64,000 bases of DNA. Source: Clostridiales bacterium (GTDB lineage: Bacteria > Bacillota > Clostridia > Lachnospirales > UBA12420). A model generated the notes under the pieces. That model saw only the letters and a program-made list of their open reading frames with translations, was not told the DNA's origin and ran no database searches. Positions 38,565-47,636 of the stretch are shown here, in pieces. The stretch is taken from the NCBI GenBank assembly GCA_003452395.1, contig DMOI01000054.1, forward strand, positions 4,003 to 68,002, given 5' to 3'. Position 1 is the stretch's first letter; each line of letters begins with the position of its first letter. Made by a program: the position numbers and the translations under genes.

Positions 38565-40328
38565 TTGTCATTTGATGGAATAATTTTAAATAATTTAAAA
38601 CATGAACTTGAATCAACTATCTTAGATGCTAGAATAGAAAAAATATATCAACCTGAGGAAGATGAATTAACGATATCCCTTAGAAGTAGTAATTCAAACT
38701 TAAAGCTGTTACTTTCTTCAAATGCCAAATACCCTAGAATTCATTTGTCGGATTCAAATAAGACAAATCCAATGACTGCTCCTCTATTTTGTATGATACT
38801 AAGAAAACATCTCACCGGAGGACGTATAATAAAATTTAATCAGCCAAATTTTGAAAGAATACTCGAAGTCTATATAGAAGTAATTGACGAATTTCGTGAT
38901 TTAGTTATTAGAAAACTTATAATTGAAATCATGGGTAAACACAGTAATATAATTTTAACTGACGAAAATAATCTTATAATTGATAGTATTAAACATATTT
39001 CAGAAAATATAAGCTCTGTTAGAACTATTTTACCTCGAACCACTTATGTATATCCTCCAAATCACGGTAAAATCAATCCCATCATTGTAACAAAGGATGG
39101 CTTCCTTTCTGCGTTTACTAAAGCAGTTTCAAATGAAACTATAGAAAGATTTTTATACGGAGTATTTACGGGTATAAGCCCACTAATCGCAAATGAAATA
39201 TGTATAGCTAGTGACCTATCTAAAGACACACCTATTGCAAACCTTTCTCCCATAAATTTAGACGATTTATATAAAAGTTTTGAAAAAATAATAACGCAGA
39301 TTTTAAGTAAGAACTTTACAGGTTTTATAATATACGATAATCAAAAGCAACCTATGGACTTTTATTCTCTCACGCTTACTAGCATTAACGAGAAAAACAA
39401 AGTTTATTTTAAGAGTCTTTCTGAAACACTTGATACCTATTATCACCAAAAAGATAATTCGGATAGGATTAAACAAAAATACAGTGACATAAAAAAGCTA
39501 ATAGAAAATTATTTGGACCGCGCAAAAAAGAAAAAAGTCATCCTAGTAAAATCAATAGACGATACTAAAAACGCAGACGAATATAAATTAATAGGAGATC
39601 TTATAATATCTTATATATATATGATAGAGCAAGGCTCAAAAGAAATAGAAGTCATAAACTTTTTTTCTGAGCAACAGGAAAAGATAAAAATAACTTTAGA
39701 TAAAGACCTCTCACCATCTAAAAATGCCCAAAGGTTTTTTGCACGCTATAACAAAATGAATAGAACTAAAATAGCAGCCACTACACAGCTATGTGAGGTA
39801 AATAATGAAATTATATACCTCCAGTCTCTAATGGCATCCCTCGACTCTGTTGAGAATGAGCATGATATATCCGAAATAAAACAAGAACTACGTGACGAAG
39901 GATATTTAAAAAAATCAAAAGAAAAATCAAAAAAAATAAAATCCGAACCTCTGCACTATATATCTACTGATTGTTTTGATATTTATGTAGGTAAAAACAA
40001 TTATCAAAACGACTACCTAACGATGAAGTTTGCAAAATCAAACGACCTATGGCTTCATACAAAAGAGATACCCGGTTCTCATGTCATCATTCGTGCAGAC
40101 AATAAAACTATACCAGACACCACAATATACGAAGCAGCGTTGCTTGCAGCTTACTACAGTAAAGGGAGACAAGGAGGTAATGTACCTGTAGATTACACAG
40201 AAAAAAGAAATGTAAAAAAGCCTAGTGGAGCCAAGCCTGGCTTTGTGATATATTTGACTAATAAAACTATGTATGTAACCCCTGACGAGGATGAGGTTGG
40301 TAAAATAAAGGAAAATCACAAATTGTAG
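38565..40328 (+). CDS. rqcH: Ribosome quality-control protein RqcH (FbpA/NFACT family)
   Basis: TTG start giving (M)SFDGIILNNL, the canonical NFACT N-terminus. C-terminal DLWLHTKEIPGSHVII (NFACT-R/DUF814). Confidence 0.85.
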   Translation: MSFDGIILNNLKHELESTILDARIEKIYQPEEDELTISLRSSNSNLKLLLSSNAKYPRIHLSDSNKTNPMTAPLFCMILRKHLTGGRIIKFNQPNFERILEVYIEVIDEFRDLVIRKLIIEIMGKHSNIILTDENNLIIDSIKHISENISSVRTILPRTTYVYPPNHGKINPIIVTKDGFLSAFTKAVSNETIERFLYGVFTGISPLIANEICIASDLSKDTPIANLSPINLDDLYKSFEKIITQILSKNFTGFIIYDNQKQPMDFYSLTLTSINEKNKVYFKSLSETLDTYYHQKDNSDRIKQKYSDIKKLIENYLDRAKKKKVILVKSIDDTKNADEYKLIGDLIISYIYMIEQGSKEIEVINFFSEQQEKIKITLDKDLSPSKNAQRFFARYNKMNRTKIAATTQLCEVNNEIIYLQSLMASLDSVENEHDISEIKQELRDEGYLKKSKEKSKKIKSEPLHYISTDCFDIYVGKNNYQNDYLTMKFAKSNDLWLHTKEIPGSHVIIRADNKTIPDTTIYEAALLAAYYSKGRQGGNVPVDYTEKRNVKKPSGAKPGFVIYLTNKTMYVTPDEDEVGKIKENHKL

Positions 40329-40338
40329 TTCTCTCTGA

Positions 40339-40384
40339 TTCAGATACATCTGAACCATACATAATGTCCAGATGTATCTGGACT
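40339..40384. repeat. ~46-nt double-hairpin element, copy 2
   Basis: TTCAGATacATCTGAA then GTCCAGATgtATCTGGAC, between convergent rqcH and ung. Confidence 0.8.
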
Positions 40385-40392
40385 TATTTTAC

Positions 40393-41070
40393 TTACACAT
40401 TTTCTATCTGCCAATCAATCGGTTCTTTCCCTGATTTCACAAAAAATTCATTCACCTTTGAGAATGGCTTTGTGTAAAAAAAGCCACGACTTGCCGATAG
40501 TGGGCTCGGATGCACTGATTCTATTATATAGTGATTTTTATTTGTTATCAAAGCTTTTTTACTTCGTGCATAGTTCCCCCAGAGTATAAATACCACAGGT
40601 TCCTTTCTACTGTTTAATTTATCAATTATCACATCAGTAAGTATCTTCCAACCTATTTTCGAGTGAGATGCAGCTTCGTCTGCGCGTACTGTAAGTACTG
40701 CATTTAAAAGCAGTACTCCTTGATCCGCCCATTTTTTTAAGTACCCATTATTTGGAATGTAGCAGCCTAAATCTGTATTTAACTCTTTATATATATTTCT
40801 AAGTGACGGTGGTATTTTCACTCCTTCTTTTACAGAAAAACACAGTCCATGTGCTTCATTAAATCCATGATATGGATCCTGTCCTAATATAACTACTTTC
40901 ACATCATTAAAAGCAGTAAAATGAAGAGCATTAAATATATCTTGCTCATCTGGATATATAGTTGATACACTATATTCTGTTTTTAGATATTCTTGTATTT
41001 TTTTATAATATTCCTTTTCAAATTCATCACCTATTACATTTTGCCAATCATTTTTAAATACATCTAACAT
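40393..41070 (-). CDS. ung: Uracil-DNA glycosylase (family 1)
   Basis: 225 aa. [16 protein letters not shown] and HPSPLS motifs. Confidence 0.93.
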   Translation of the reverse strand: MLDVFKNDWQNVIGDEFEKEYYKKIQEYLKTEYSVSTIYPDEQDIFNALHFTAFNDVKVVILGQDPYHGFNEAHGLCFSVKEGVKIPPSLRNIYKELNTDLGCYIPNNGYLKKWADQGVLLLNAVLTVRADEAASHSKIGWKILTDVIIDKLNSRKEPVVFILWGNYARSKKALITNKNHYIIESVHPSPLSASRGFFYTKPFSKVNEFFVKSGKEPIDWQIENV

Positions 41071-41120
41071 AAAATCAACTCCTGTCTAATTATATCAATA
41101 ACCCTAATTATGTCAATACT

Positions 41121-41163
41121 AAAAGAAAAAACAACCACTACCCGATTTTAAAGATGGTGGTTG
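41121..41163 (-). terminator. Intrinsic terminator of the fabK-like gene
   Basis: Minus strand: CAACCACC[atctttaaaatcgggta]GTGGTTG followed by TTTTTTCTTTT. Confidence 0.75.
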
Positions 41164-41313
41164 ATAAAGTGCTAAGATACCTTGACAATTGTGTTTATAT
41201 TTTTCGTTCCACCCCTATAGTAGGGAGGTGGTCAAATGAGGTAGATTTTTTCGAGTAAATTCAAACACTCTGACCCCCTCTAGCTCCCCCTTCGCAGGGG
41301 GAGGACTTAAAAA

Positions 41314-42372
41314 TCACGCTTCTTGTAATTCTAACTTTAATGTATCCATTAGCTCTTTAACACTAATTATCTTATCACATCTATATGCATTGCTTCCAAC
41401 AAAAAGTAAAGCATTATCTACATTACCTTTTACCGCATTCACTAGTGCTTTTGTGATGCAGTACGGTATTTCTGCTGGATTACATTCACGAAGACAACCG
41501 TAGCATTTTGTTATCTTATCTTTTTCTGTTTCTACTCGTTTTATGAAATCATTTCTTATCGCCCTACCAGGCATTCCTACTGGACTTTTTATTATTTGTA
41601 TGTCTTCTTTTTTAGAATTTATGTATGCTTGCTTATACTCATCGCTTGCATCACACTCATGTGTAGTGACAAATCTTGTAGCCATTTGCACGCCTGCCGC
41701 ACCTATCTTTAAATATTCTGCAATATCTTTACCTGTAAATATTCCACCTGCAGCTATGACTGGTATTTGAAGTTTTAGTTCCTTTAAATACTCAATTATA
41801 TCTTTTACTATGTCCTTTAAATCATGTTTTTCTATTTGATCAAGTTCTTCTTTTTTAAACCCTAGATGTCCTCCTGCTTCGGGTCCTTCAACCACTATCG
41901 CATCGGGTCTTCTATTAAATCTCTTTTCCCATACTTCAACTATTAGCTTTGCAGCTTTTCTTGATGAAACAATCGGTGCTATCTTAACATTTGAATTTTC
42001 AACCAATTTTGGTAATTCGATAGGTAGTCCCGCACCTGCAATTATTAAATCTATTTTTTCTTCAACTGCTACCTTAACATACTCTGCATAATTTTTCAGT
42101 GCAACCATTATGTTTACACCTATTATTTTATCTCCACTCATTTCTTTAGCTTTTTTTATCTCTTTTCTTAACGCTCTCTTATTTGCCTCAAAAGTATTTG
42201 TTTCAAAATCTGGTTCTTCGAATCCTATTTGCGCACCAGATATAATACCGATGCCTCCTTCTTTAGCGACAGCAGCAGCAAGATTTGAACGAGATATCCC
42301 TACTCCCATTCCACCTTGTATTATAGGCATATTTGCAATTAAATCTCCAATTTTTAGTTTAGGTATATTCAT
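41314..42372 (-). CDS. Nitronate monooxygenase / FabK-like FMN oxidoreductase
   Basis: ATG at 42372 after AAGGAGG. PIIQGGMGVGIS and AGGIFTGKD motifs of the NMO/FabK family. Confidence 0.8.
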   Translation of the reverse strand: MNIPKLKIGDLIANMPIIQGGMGVGISRSNLAAAVAKEGGIGIISGAQIGFEEPDFETNTFEANKRALRKEIKKAKEMSGDKIIGVNIMVALKNYAEYVKVAVEEKIDLIIAGAGLPIELPKLVENSNVKIAPIVSSRKAAKLIVEVWEKRFNRRPDAIVVEGPEAGGHLGFKKEELDQIEKHDLKDIVKDIIEYLKELKLQIPVIAAGGIFTGKDIAEYLKIGAAGVQMATRFVTTHECDASDEYKQAYINSKKEDIQIIKSPVGMPGRAIRNDFIKRVETEKDKITKCYGCLRECNPAEIPYCITKALVNAVKGNVDNALLFVGSNAYRCDKIISVKELMDTLKLELQEA

Positions 42373-42484
42373 ATTATCCTCCTTAAGTTTGAACATCAAA
42401 GCAATTATAGCATAATATGAAATATTATACAAGCGAAAAGTTGAAAAAGTCATGAAAATGGAAATTGGTGTAATAACTCAAGAT

Positions 42485-42898
42485 TTACCTTAAGTTCCTA
42501 CAGTAAATAAATATTGCATCACTAAAAAATTTTGCTAATCCTGGCTTATTTTTATCTATGTTTTCAGAAAAATGTAAATCGTTAATATATAACTCAGCCA
42601 TTCCCAATAATATTTCTGGAGTACAGTTATAGAAATTCTCAGTAATATGCTGTCTGAATTCCTCTACCGCACTTTGAACTTCTGGATCTGCTGCTCCTTT
42701 ATCCATATTATTCATAATTTTTTTGTTAATTTCTTCAGCTCTAGTAGTAATTCTATCCCAATCTTCTTTTGTATGCCTTGCAGTATTTTCCATACTTTCT
42801 TTATATTCATCTCTATTTTCGCACTCGTGGCTTATTTCCTCATCCATATTCTCAATTTCATTAATTTCACAATCTTCTAGCCTTTCTTCTTTCTCCAT
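42485..42898 (-). CDS. TipAS antibiotic-recognition-domain protein (no MerR HTH)
   Basis: ATG at 42898 after AAGGAG. The C-terminus ...EVQSAVEEFRQHITENFYNCTPEILLGMAELYINDLHFSENIDKNKPGLAKF resembles the TipAS domain. Confidence 0.6.
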   Translation of the reverse strand: MEKEERLEDCEINEIENMDEEISHECENRDEYKESMENTARHTKEDWDRITTRAEEINKKIMNNMDKGAADPEVQSAVEEFRQHITENFYNCTPEILLGMAELYINDLHFSENIDKNKPGLAKFFSDAIFIYCRNLR

Positions 42899-42995
42899 AT
42901 CTTCACTCCTTTTACTCAAGTTTTTTATTATATATTTCATTATATTTAAGTTCAAATAAAAAAAGCCCAATGGCCTTTTTTATTTTATATTTATT

Positions 42996-43214
42996 TTATT
43001 CACCATCATCTGTTTTCAATTTTTTGTTTGTTTTTTTCCTAGCGTTATACATAAATTGTGGAACCAAAAATATAGATATTATTGATATTTGAGTCATCGT
43101 TTGAATATAAGTATCAAAACTGATAGTATTACGTTTTACAAATAATATAACGATAAGTGCTAACGCTGCTAACATTAAAAAGCTTTCCATTGTGTTTTCT
43201 TTAAGTTCTTTCAT
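42996..43214 (-). CDS. Small membrane protein (hypothetical)
   Basis: 72 aa with two hydrophobic segments (FLMLAALALIVILFV, ISIISIFLVPQFM). Confidence 0.35.
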   Translation of the reverse strand: MKELKENTMESFLMLAALALIVILFVKRNTISFDTYIQTMTQISIISIFLVPQFMYNARKKTNKKLKTDDGE

Positions 43215-43306
43215 TTTAAAACCCCTTTCTAATATCTATTATCTAACTACTTCTTTAAATTATACCATTATCTACTTAAAATACAATAGAATTATAAAAA
43301 ATATTT

Positions 43307-43621
43307 TCATCTAATTTCAGCTATCATTCTGTACACCTTCAGATCCACCTTGTCATTGTCATCAAAGTATACACCTTCTTCTTGCAAGAGTCTCTTTTGA
43401 ATATTTGCCCCACCAAAAACAAAGCTCTTGCTTAATTCTCCTTTGTTATTTACTACTCTATGACATGGCACTATACCTTGATATGGATTATTATGTAATG
43501 CCCACCCTACAGCACGTGATGCTCTCTGATTTCCCAACATCTTTGCTATATCTCCATAAGTAGCCACTTTACCCTCTGGAATATTCTTTACTATCTCATA
43601 CACCCTCTCAAAAAAGTTCAT
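43307..43621 (-). CDS. MGMT-family DNA-binding protein (methylated-DNA--protein-cysteine methyltransferase C-domain)
   Basis: VYEIVKNIPEGKVATYGDIA...VPCHRVV. Start set at MNFFERV. Confidence 0.8.
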   Translation of the reverse strand: MNFFERVYEIVKNIPEGKVATYGDIAKMLGNQRASRAVGWALHNNPYQGIVPCHRVVNNKGELSKSFVFGGANIQKRLLQEEGVYFDDNDKVDLKVYRMIAEIR

Positions 43622-43631
43622 GATTATTTTT

Positions 43632-44075
43632 TCACCTTTCTCCACTTTCAGTTTCATATGGCCATTCCTGTATTCCACCCAAATCGTAAACATTAGTATA
43701 ACCCATCTTTACTAATTCCGTTACAGCTGTACGACTTCTGTTACCACTTCTGCAATACACATAAATGGTATTTTCTTTATCTTTTATTTTCATTTCTACT
43801 TCTTTTTTTATAACATCATTAGGTATTAATATACTTCCAGGTATATGCACATCTATATACTCTTCTTTTGTCCTGACATCAAGCAATACTATATTATTAT
43901 CGTTTTCCAAATTTTTCTTAGCTTCTTCTGGTTTGATACTATTAACAATTTTAACATCTTCAGTTTTAGAATTTTCCTCTTTGTAACCACTTATTATAAT
44001 TACGGTATAAACTGTTACAAACATTGATATAACAAGTGCACATGATAGAAAAAATATTTTAGCCGACTTACTCAT
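43632..44075 (-). CDS. Rhodanese-domain protein with N-terminal membrane anchor
   Basis: LLDVRTKEEY...IYVYCRSGNRS active-site loop. ATG at 44075 after GGGGAG. Confidence 0.8.
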   Translation of the reverse strand: MSKSAKIFFLSCALVISMFVTVYTVIIISGYKEENSKTEDVKIVNSIKPEEAKKNLENDNNIVLLDVRTKEEYIDVHIPGSILIPNDVIKKEVEMKIKDKENTIYVYCRSGNRSRTAVTELVKMGYTNVYDLGGIQEWPYETESGER

Positions 44076-44089
44076 ATACTCACTCCCCT

Positions 44090-45142
44090 TTATATCCACT
44101 TCTTAAATCTAAACATACCATATAGCCCTATTCCTATTATCCCTGATATTATCCAGAATATTAAGTATCCAGATTTATATGCAAGCTCCGGCATATTCTC
44201 AAAATTCATCCCATACACCCCTGCAAAAAAAGTAAGTGGTATAAATATTGCAGAAAATACAGTAAGTGTCGTCATGATTTGATTCATTCTATTACTTGAA
44301 TTTGATAGTTGCGTATCCAAAAGTCCTGTGAGCACTTCTCGATATATAACAATAAAGTCCATAATCTGAACAATATGATCATTTACATCTTTGAAATACT
44401 CTTTTATATTTTGCGTAAACAGTTCTTCATCTCTCATCATATAATTAATGATATCTTTAAGTGGCCAAATAGATGTCTTACACAAAAGTAACTCTTTTCT
44501 TAATCCATAGATTTCTTTTAGTGATTCCGAGTTCATATTTTCCATTATATCAGCTTCTAAAGCCTCAATCTTTTCTTCTATTTCATCTAAAAGTAGATAA
44601 TATTGATCTACTATTGTATCCATTATTGTATACAGCAAATAACTTTCACTTTTCTTTCTTATTCCACCAATATCATATTGTATTCTTTCCTTTACTGGTG
44701 TAAAAGTATTCAAATCAAACTCTTGAAAGGTTATTAAAATATTAGAAAATAAAATAAAAGAGAGTTGCTCATGATTTATATTTTTCTTTTCTTGATCATG
44801 CAATATCATATTAAAAACAACAAATGTATAGTCTTTAAATACTTCTATCTTAGGTCTCTGTCCTATATGAACTATATCCTCTAGTATCATAGTGTTTATT
44901 TTAAAATAATCACCTATGTACTTTATATATTCCGTATCTGCAAGCCCAGATATGTTTAGCCATTTAATATATTTTGAATCTAAATTTATTTCTTCTATGC
45001 CTTTTATTTCTCTAGTTTTATACTCTGTTTCATTATACTCTAGTAACTGCATTTTAAGGCTGGTATCATGCTTTTTCCCAGTATATATTATACTTCCTGG
45101 TGGTTTACCAATCTTATTTTTATTATGTTTTCGTTTTATCAT
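44090..45142 (-). CDS. corA: Magnesium/cobalt transporter CorA
   Basis: C-terminal FFAGVYGMNFENMPEL (GMN motif) plus two TM helices. ATG at 45142 after AGAGGTG. Confidence 0.9.
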   Translation of the reverse strand: MIKRKHNKNKIGKPPGSIIYTGKKHDTSLKMQLLEYNETEYKTREIKGIEEINLDSKYIKWLNISGLADTEYIKYIGDYFKINTMILEDIVHIGQRPKIEVFKDYTFVVFNMILHDQEKKNINHEQLSFILFSNILITFQEFDLNTFTPVKERIQYDIGGIRKKSESYLLYTIMDTIVDQYYLLLDEIEEKIEALEADIMENMNSESLKEIYGLRKELLLCKTSIWPLKDIINYMMRDEELFTQNIKEYFKDVNDHIVQIMDFIVIYREVLTGLLDTQLSNSSNRMNQIMTTLTVFSAIFIPLTFFAGVYGMNFENMPELAYKSGYLIFWIISGIIGIGLYGMFRFKKWI

Positions 45143-45165
45143 ATATTTCTCACCTCTTGTTATTT

Positions 45166-45912
45166 TTAGTATCTTATCTTTTCTAAATAAAGTCCGCATG
45201 CGTCAGCCATATCACCTGTCTGGTCTCGTTTTCCTGATTCAAATATTTTAGATATATCCTCTACTTTTTTTCTGCCTATCCCTATTTCTATCAGTGTACC
45301 AACTATCCTTCTTGCCATGTTATGAAGGAAACCGTCTCCTCTAAGTCGTATTTCAATGAATCCATCTACTTCATTTACTGATATACTTTCTATAGTTCTT
45401 ACCTTTGATTTTGTTTTAGATTTTGCATTTGTAAATGCTGTAAAATCATGTTCTCCTATAAAGTATTTCGTTGCCAATATTATTTTCTCAAGATCAAGCT
45501 TTTCCTTAACATACATACTATATTTTCTAGCAAATGGATTGGAACATTCTTTATTCCAAATTTTATATAAATATGTTTTATTTTTTACATTAAATCTTGA
45601 ATGAAAATTTTCGGAAACTTCATCTACTCCATTTACACATATATCCATAGATAAATATTTGTTTAAGTATGTTTTAACCTTATCCGGATCCAATTTTTCA
45701 GCTACTTTAAAATTTGCAATCTGCGCAAGTGCATGCACCCCTGCATCGGTCCTGCTTGCACCTATTATTTCTATCTTTCTTGCAAGCATTTCAGACAATA
45801 TATGTTCTATCTTCGCTTGTATGGTATTGTCATTATCCCCAAGTCTCTGCCAACCTTTATATTTACCACCGTCGTACTGTATTTGCAATCTATAATTATT
45901 CATAATTTTCAT
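45166..45912 (-). CDS. truA: tRNA pseudouridine(38-40) synthase
   Basis: 248 aa. YRLQIQYDGGKYKGWQ and GASRTDAGVHA (catalytic Asp). Confidence 0.93.
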   Translation of the reverse strand: MKIMNNYRLQIQYDGGKYKGWQRLGDNDNTIQAKIEHILSEMLARKIEIIGASRTDAGVHALAQIANFKVAEKLDPDKVKTYLNKYLSMDICVNGVDEVSENFHSRFNVKNKTYLYKIWNKECSNPFARKYSMYVKEKLDLEKIILATKYFIGEHDFTAFTNAKSKTKSKVRTIESISVNEVDGFIEIRLRGDGFLHNMARRIVGTLIEIGIGRKKVEDISKIFESGKRDQTGDMADACGLYLEKIRY

Positions 45913-46657
45913 TCTCCTCTAGTTTATTTTTAGTGTATGATATAATATCCTTCACCACTTCACTTGCTATTATCAGTCCTGCAACCGATGGCACAAATGA
46001 TATGCTTCCGGGTGTTTGTCTTTTTTTACTCTCTTTATCTTGTTGTATAAATTGCTTTGCTTTTATAGGTTCCTCCTTTGAGTAAACTACCTTTAAAGAG
46101 TTTATCCCTCGTCTCCTAAGCTCTCTCCTCATAACTTTAGCTAAAGGACATACCGAAGTTTTTGATATATCGCTTACCTCTAGCATCGTTGGATAGAGTT
46201 TATTACCAGTCCCCATAGAGCTTATAATTGGTATATTTAGTCTTGCTGCTTCTAACACTAAATCAATCTTTGCAGTCACTGTATCAACAGCATCCACTAT
46301 GTAATCGTATGTGTTATTTACTAACTCAGCCCTCGTTTCAGGGAGATAAAACTTTTGGTGTATAGTGACCTTTACGTTAGGATTAATATCTAATATCCTT
46401 TCTCGAGCCACCTCTACTTTTGATTTTTCCAGAGTACTTGTCGTCGCAATAATCTGCCTATTAATATTTGTGATAGACACAACATCATCATCCACTAGTA
46501 CAAAACTACCTATCCCGCATCTCACAAGCCCCTCAAGTGCATATCCCCCTACTCCACCTATCCCAAATATCGCAACCTTACTTTGCTTTAGTTTTTCTAG
46601 TGCTTGTGTTCCTATTAAAATCTCCATTCTTGAAAATTCATGTAACATGTTTTTCAC
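45896..46657 (-). CDS. tcdA: tRNA threonylcarbamoyladenosine dehydratase (ThiF/MoeB-like E1)
   Basis: 253 aa. VAIFGIGGVGGYALEGLVRCGIGSFVLVDDD. Confidence 0.85.
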   Translation of the reverse strand: MKNMLHEFSRMEILIGTQALEKLKQSKVAIFGIGGVGGYALEGLVRCGIGSFVLVDDDVVSITNINRQIIATTSTLEKSKVEVARERILDINPNVKVTIHQKFYLPETRAELVNNTYDYIVDAVDTVTAKIDLVLEAARLNIPIISSMGTGNKLYPTMLEVSDISKTSVCPLAKVMRRELRRRGINSLKVVYSKEEPIKAKQFIQQDKESKKRQTPGSISFVPSVAGLIIASEVVKDIISYTKNKLEENENYE

Positions 46658-46769
46658 TCCTAGTCACTCACTATAACTTCCTATTTAACTATATCATTAT
46701 TATGTATATTTTTCAATCAAAAAATATATTTTTAAATTGAAATCTTCTGTTTCATATTTGATACAAAAT

Positions 46770-46806
46770 TAAAAAAAATAAAAAAAGTCAAGTATTTCTA
46801 CCTGAC
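46770..46806 (-). terminator. Intrinsic terminator after the yqeY-like gene
   Basis: Minus strand GTCAGGTA[gaaa]TACTTGAC followed by T7ATTTTTTTT. Confidence 0.7.
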
Positions 46807-46827
46807 CTAAATTAATTAAAAATTATT

Positions 46828-47289
46828 TTATGAGTTTAAAATGTTTCTTACCATTTGACTCACTCTATCATTTTCGGCTTTACCTTTAACTTTAGATATT
46901 ATCGCTGTCATCACTTTACCCATTTCTTTTATTGATGTAGCTTTTTCCTCATTTATAGTATCGCTTACAATACGCCTTAGTTCATCATCTGATAATTGCT
47001 CAGGCAGATATCCTGTTATAATATCTATTTCGTTTTTCAACTCATTAATTAAGTCGTCACGAGTGCTTTTTTCATATTCAACTAATGAACTCTTACGCTT
47101 TTTTAATTCCTTGGCAATTATTTCTAATACACTTGCATCATCATCCAAGACGACCATTTTGTCTTTTTCATAGTTAAGAATGGCTGCCTTGAGCATCTGG
47201 ACGGCATTTTTCCTAACTATGTCTTTTTCTTTCATGGCCAACTTCAGATCATCTTGCAACTGCTCTTTTAAACTCACAAATATCTCCAC
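46828..47289 (-). CDS. GatB/YqeY-domain protein
   Basis: 153 aa. LKEQLQDDLKLAMKEKD...LKAAILNYE. Conserved rpsU-yqeY pairing. Confidence 0.85.
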   Translation of the reverse strand: MEIFVSLKEQLQDDLKLAMKEKDIVRKNAVQMLKAAILNYEKDKMVVLDDDASVLEIIAKELKKRKSSLVEYEKSTRDDLINELKNEIDIITGYLPEQLSDDELRRIVSDTINEEKATSIKEMGKVMTAIISKVKGKAENDRVSQMVRNILNS

Positions 47290-47293
47290 CTTA

Positions 47294-47467
47294 TCAAATT
47301 TTTCTTTTTCTAGCAGCTTCTGATTTTTTCTTACGCTTTACGCTTGGTTTTTCATAATGCTCTTTCTTTCTGATATCCTTCAGTATACCGTCTCTTGCAC
47401 ATACTTTTTTAAATCTTCTCAAAGCATTATCTAGCGATTCATTTTTCTTAACCATTACTTTTGACAT
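47294..47467 (-). CDS. rpsU: 30S ribosomal protein S21
   Basis: [21 protein letters not shown]... (57 aa). The ORF-track N-terminal extension is rejected. Confidence 0.93.
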   Translation of the reverse strand: MSKVMVKKNESLDNALRRFKKVCARDGILKDIRKKEHYEKPSVKRKKKSEAARKRKI

Positions 47468-47530
47468 AGTTACTCCCCCCCCTTCGATTTTACTACTTTG
47501 GGTGGAATATCTATTATATTCACGTATGCA

Positions 47531-47559
47531 ATTATACATCAAATATAGCGTATAGTCAA
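47531..47559 (-). promoter_or_regulatory. Sigma-A-type promoter for rpsU
   Basis: Minus strand TTGACT, 17 nt, TATAAT. Confidence 0.65.
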
Positions 47560-47636
47560 TATATTTTTTGTTATTTTACTTATGTAACATAAATTTAATA
47601 ATTTATATGATAACAATATAACAAATTACCTTGCTT

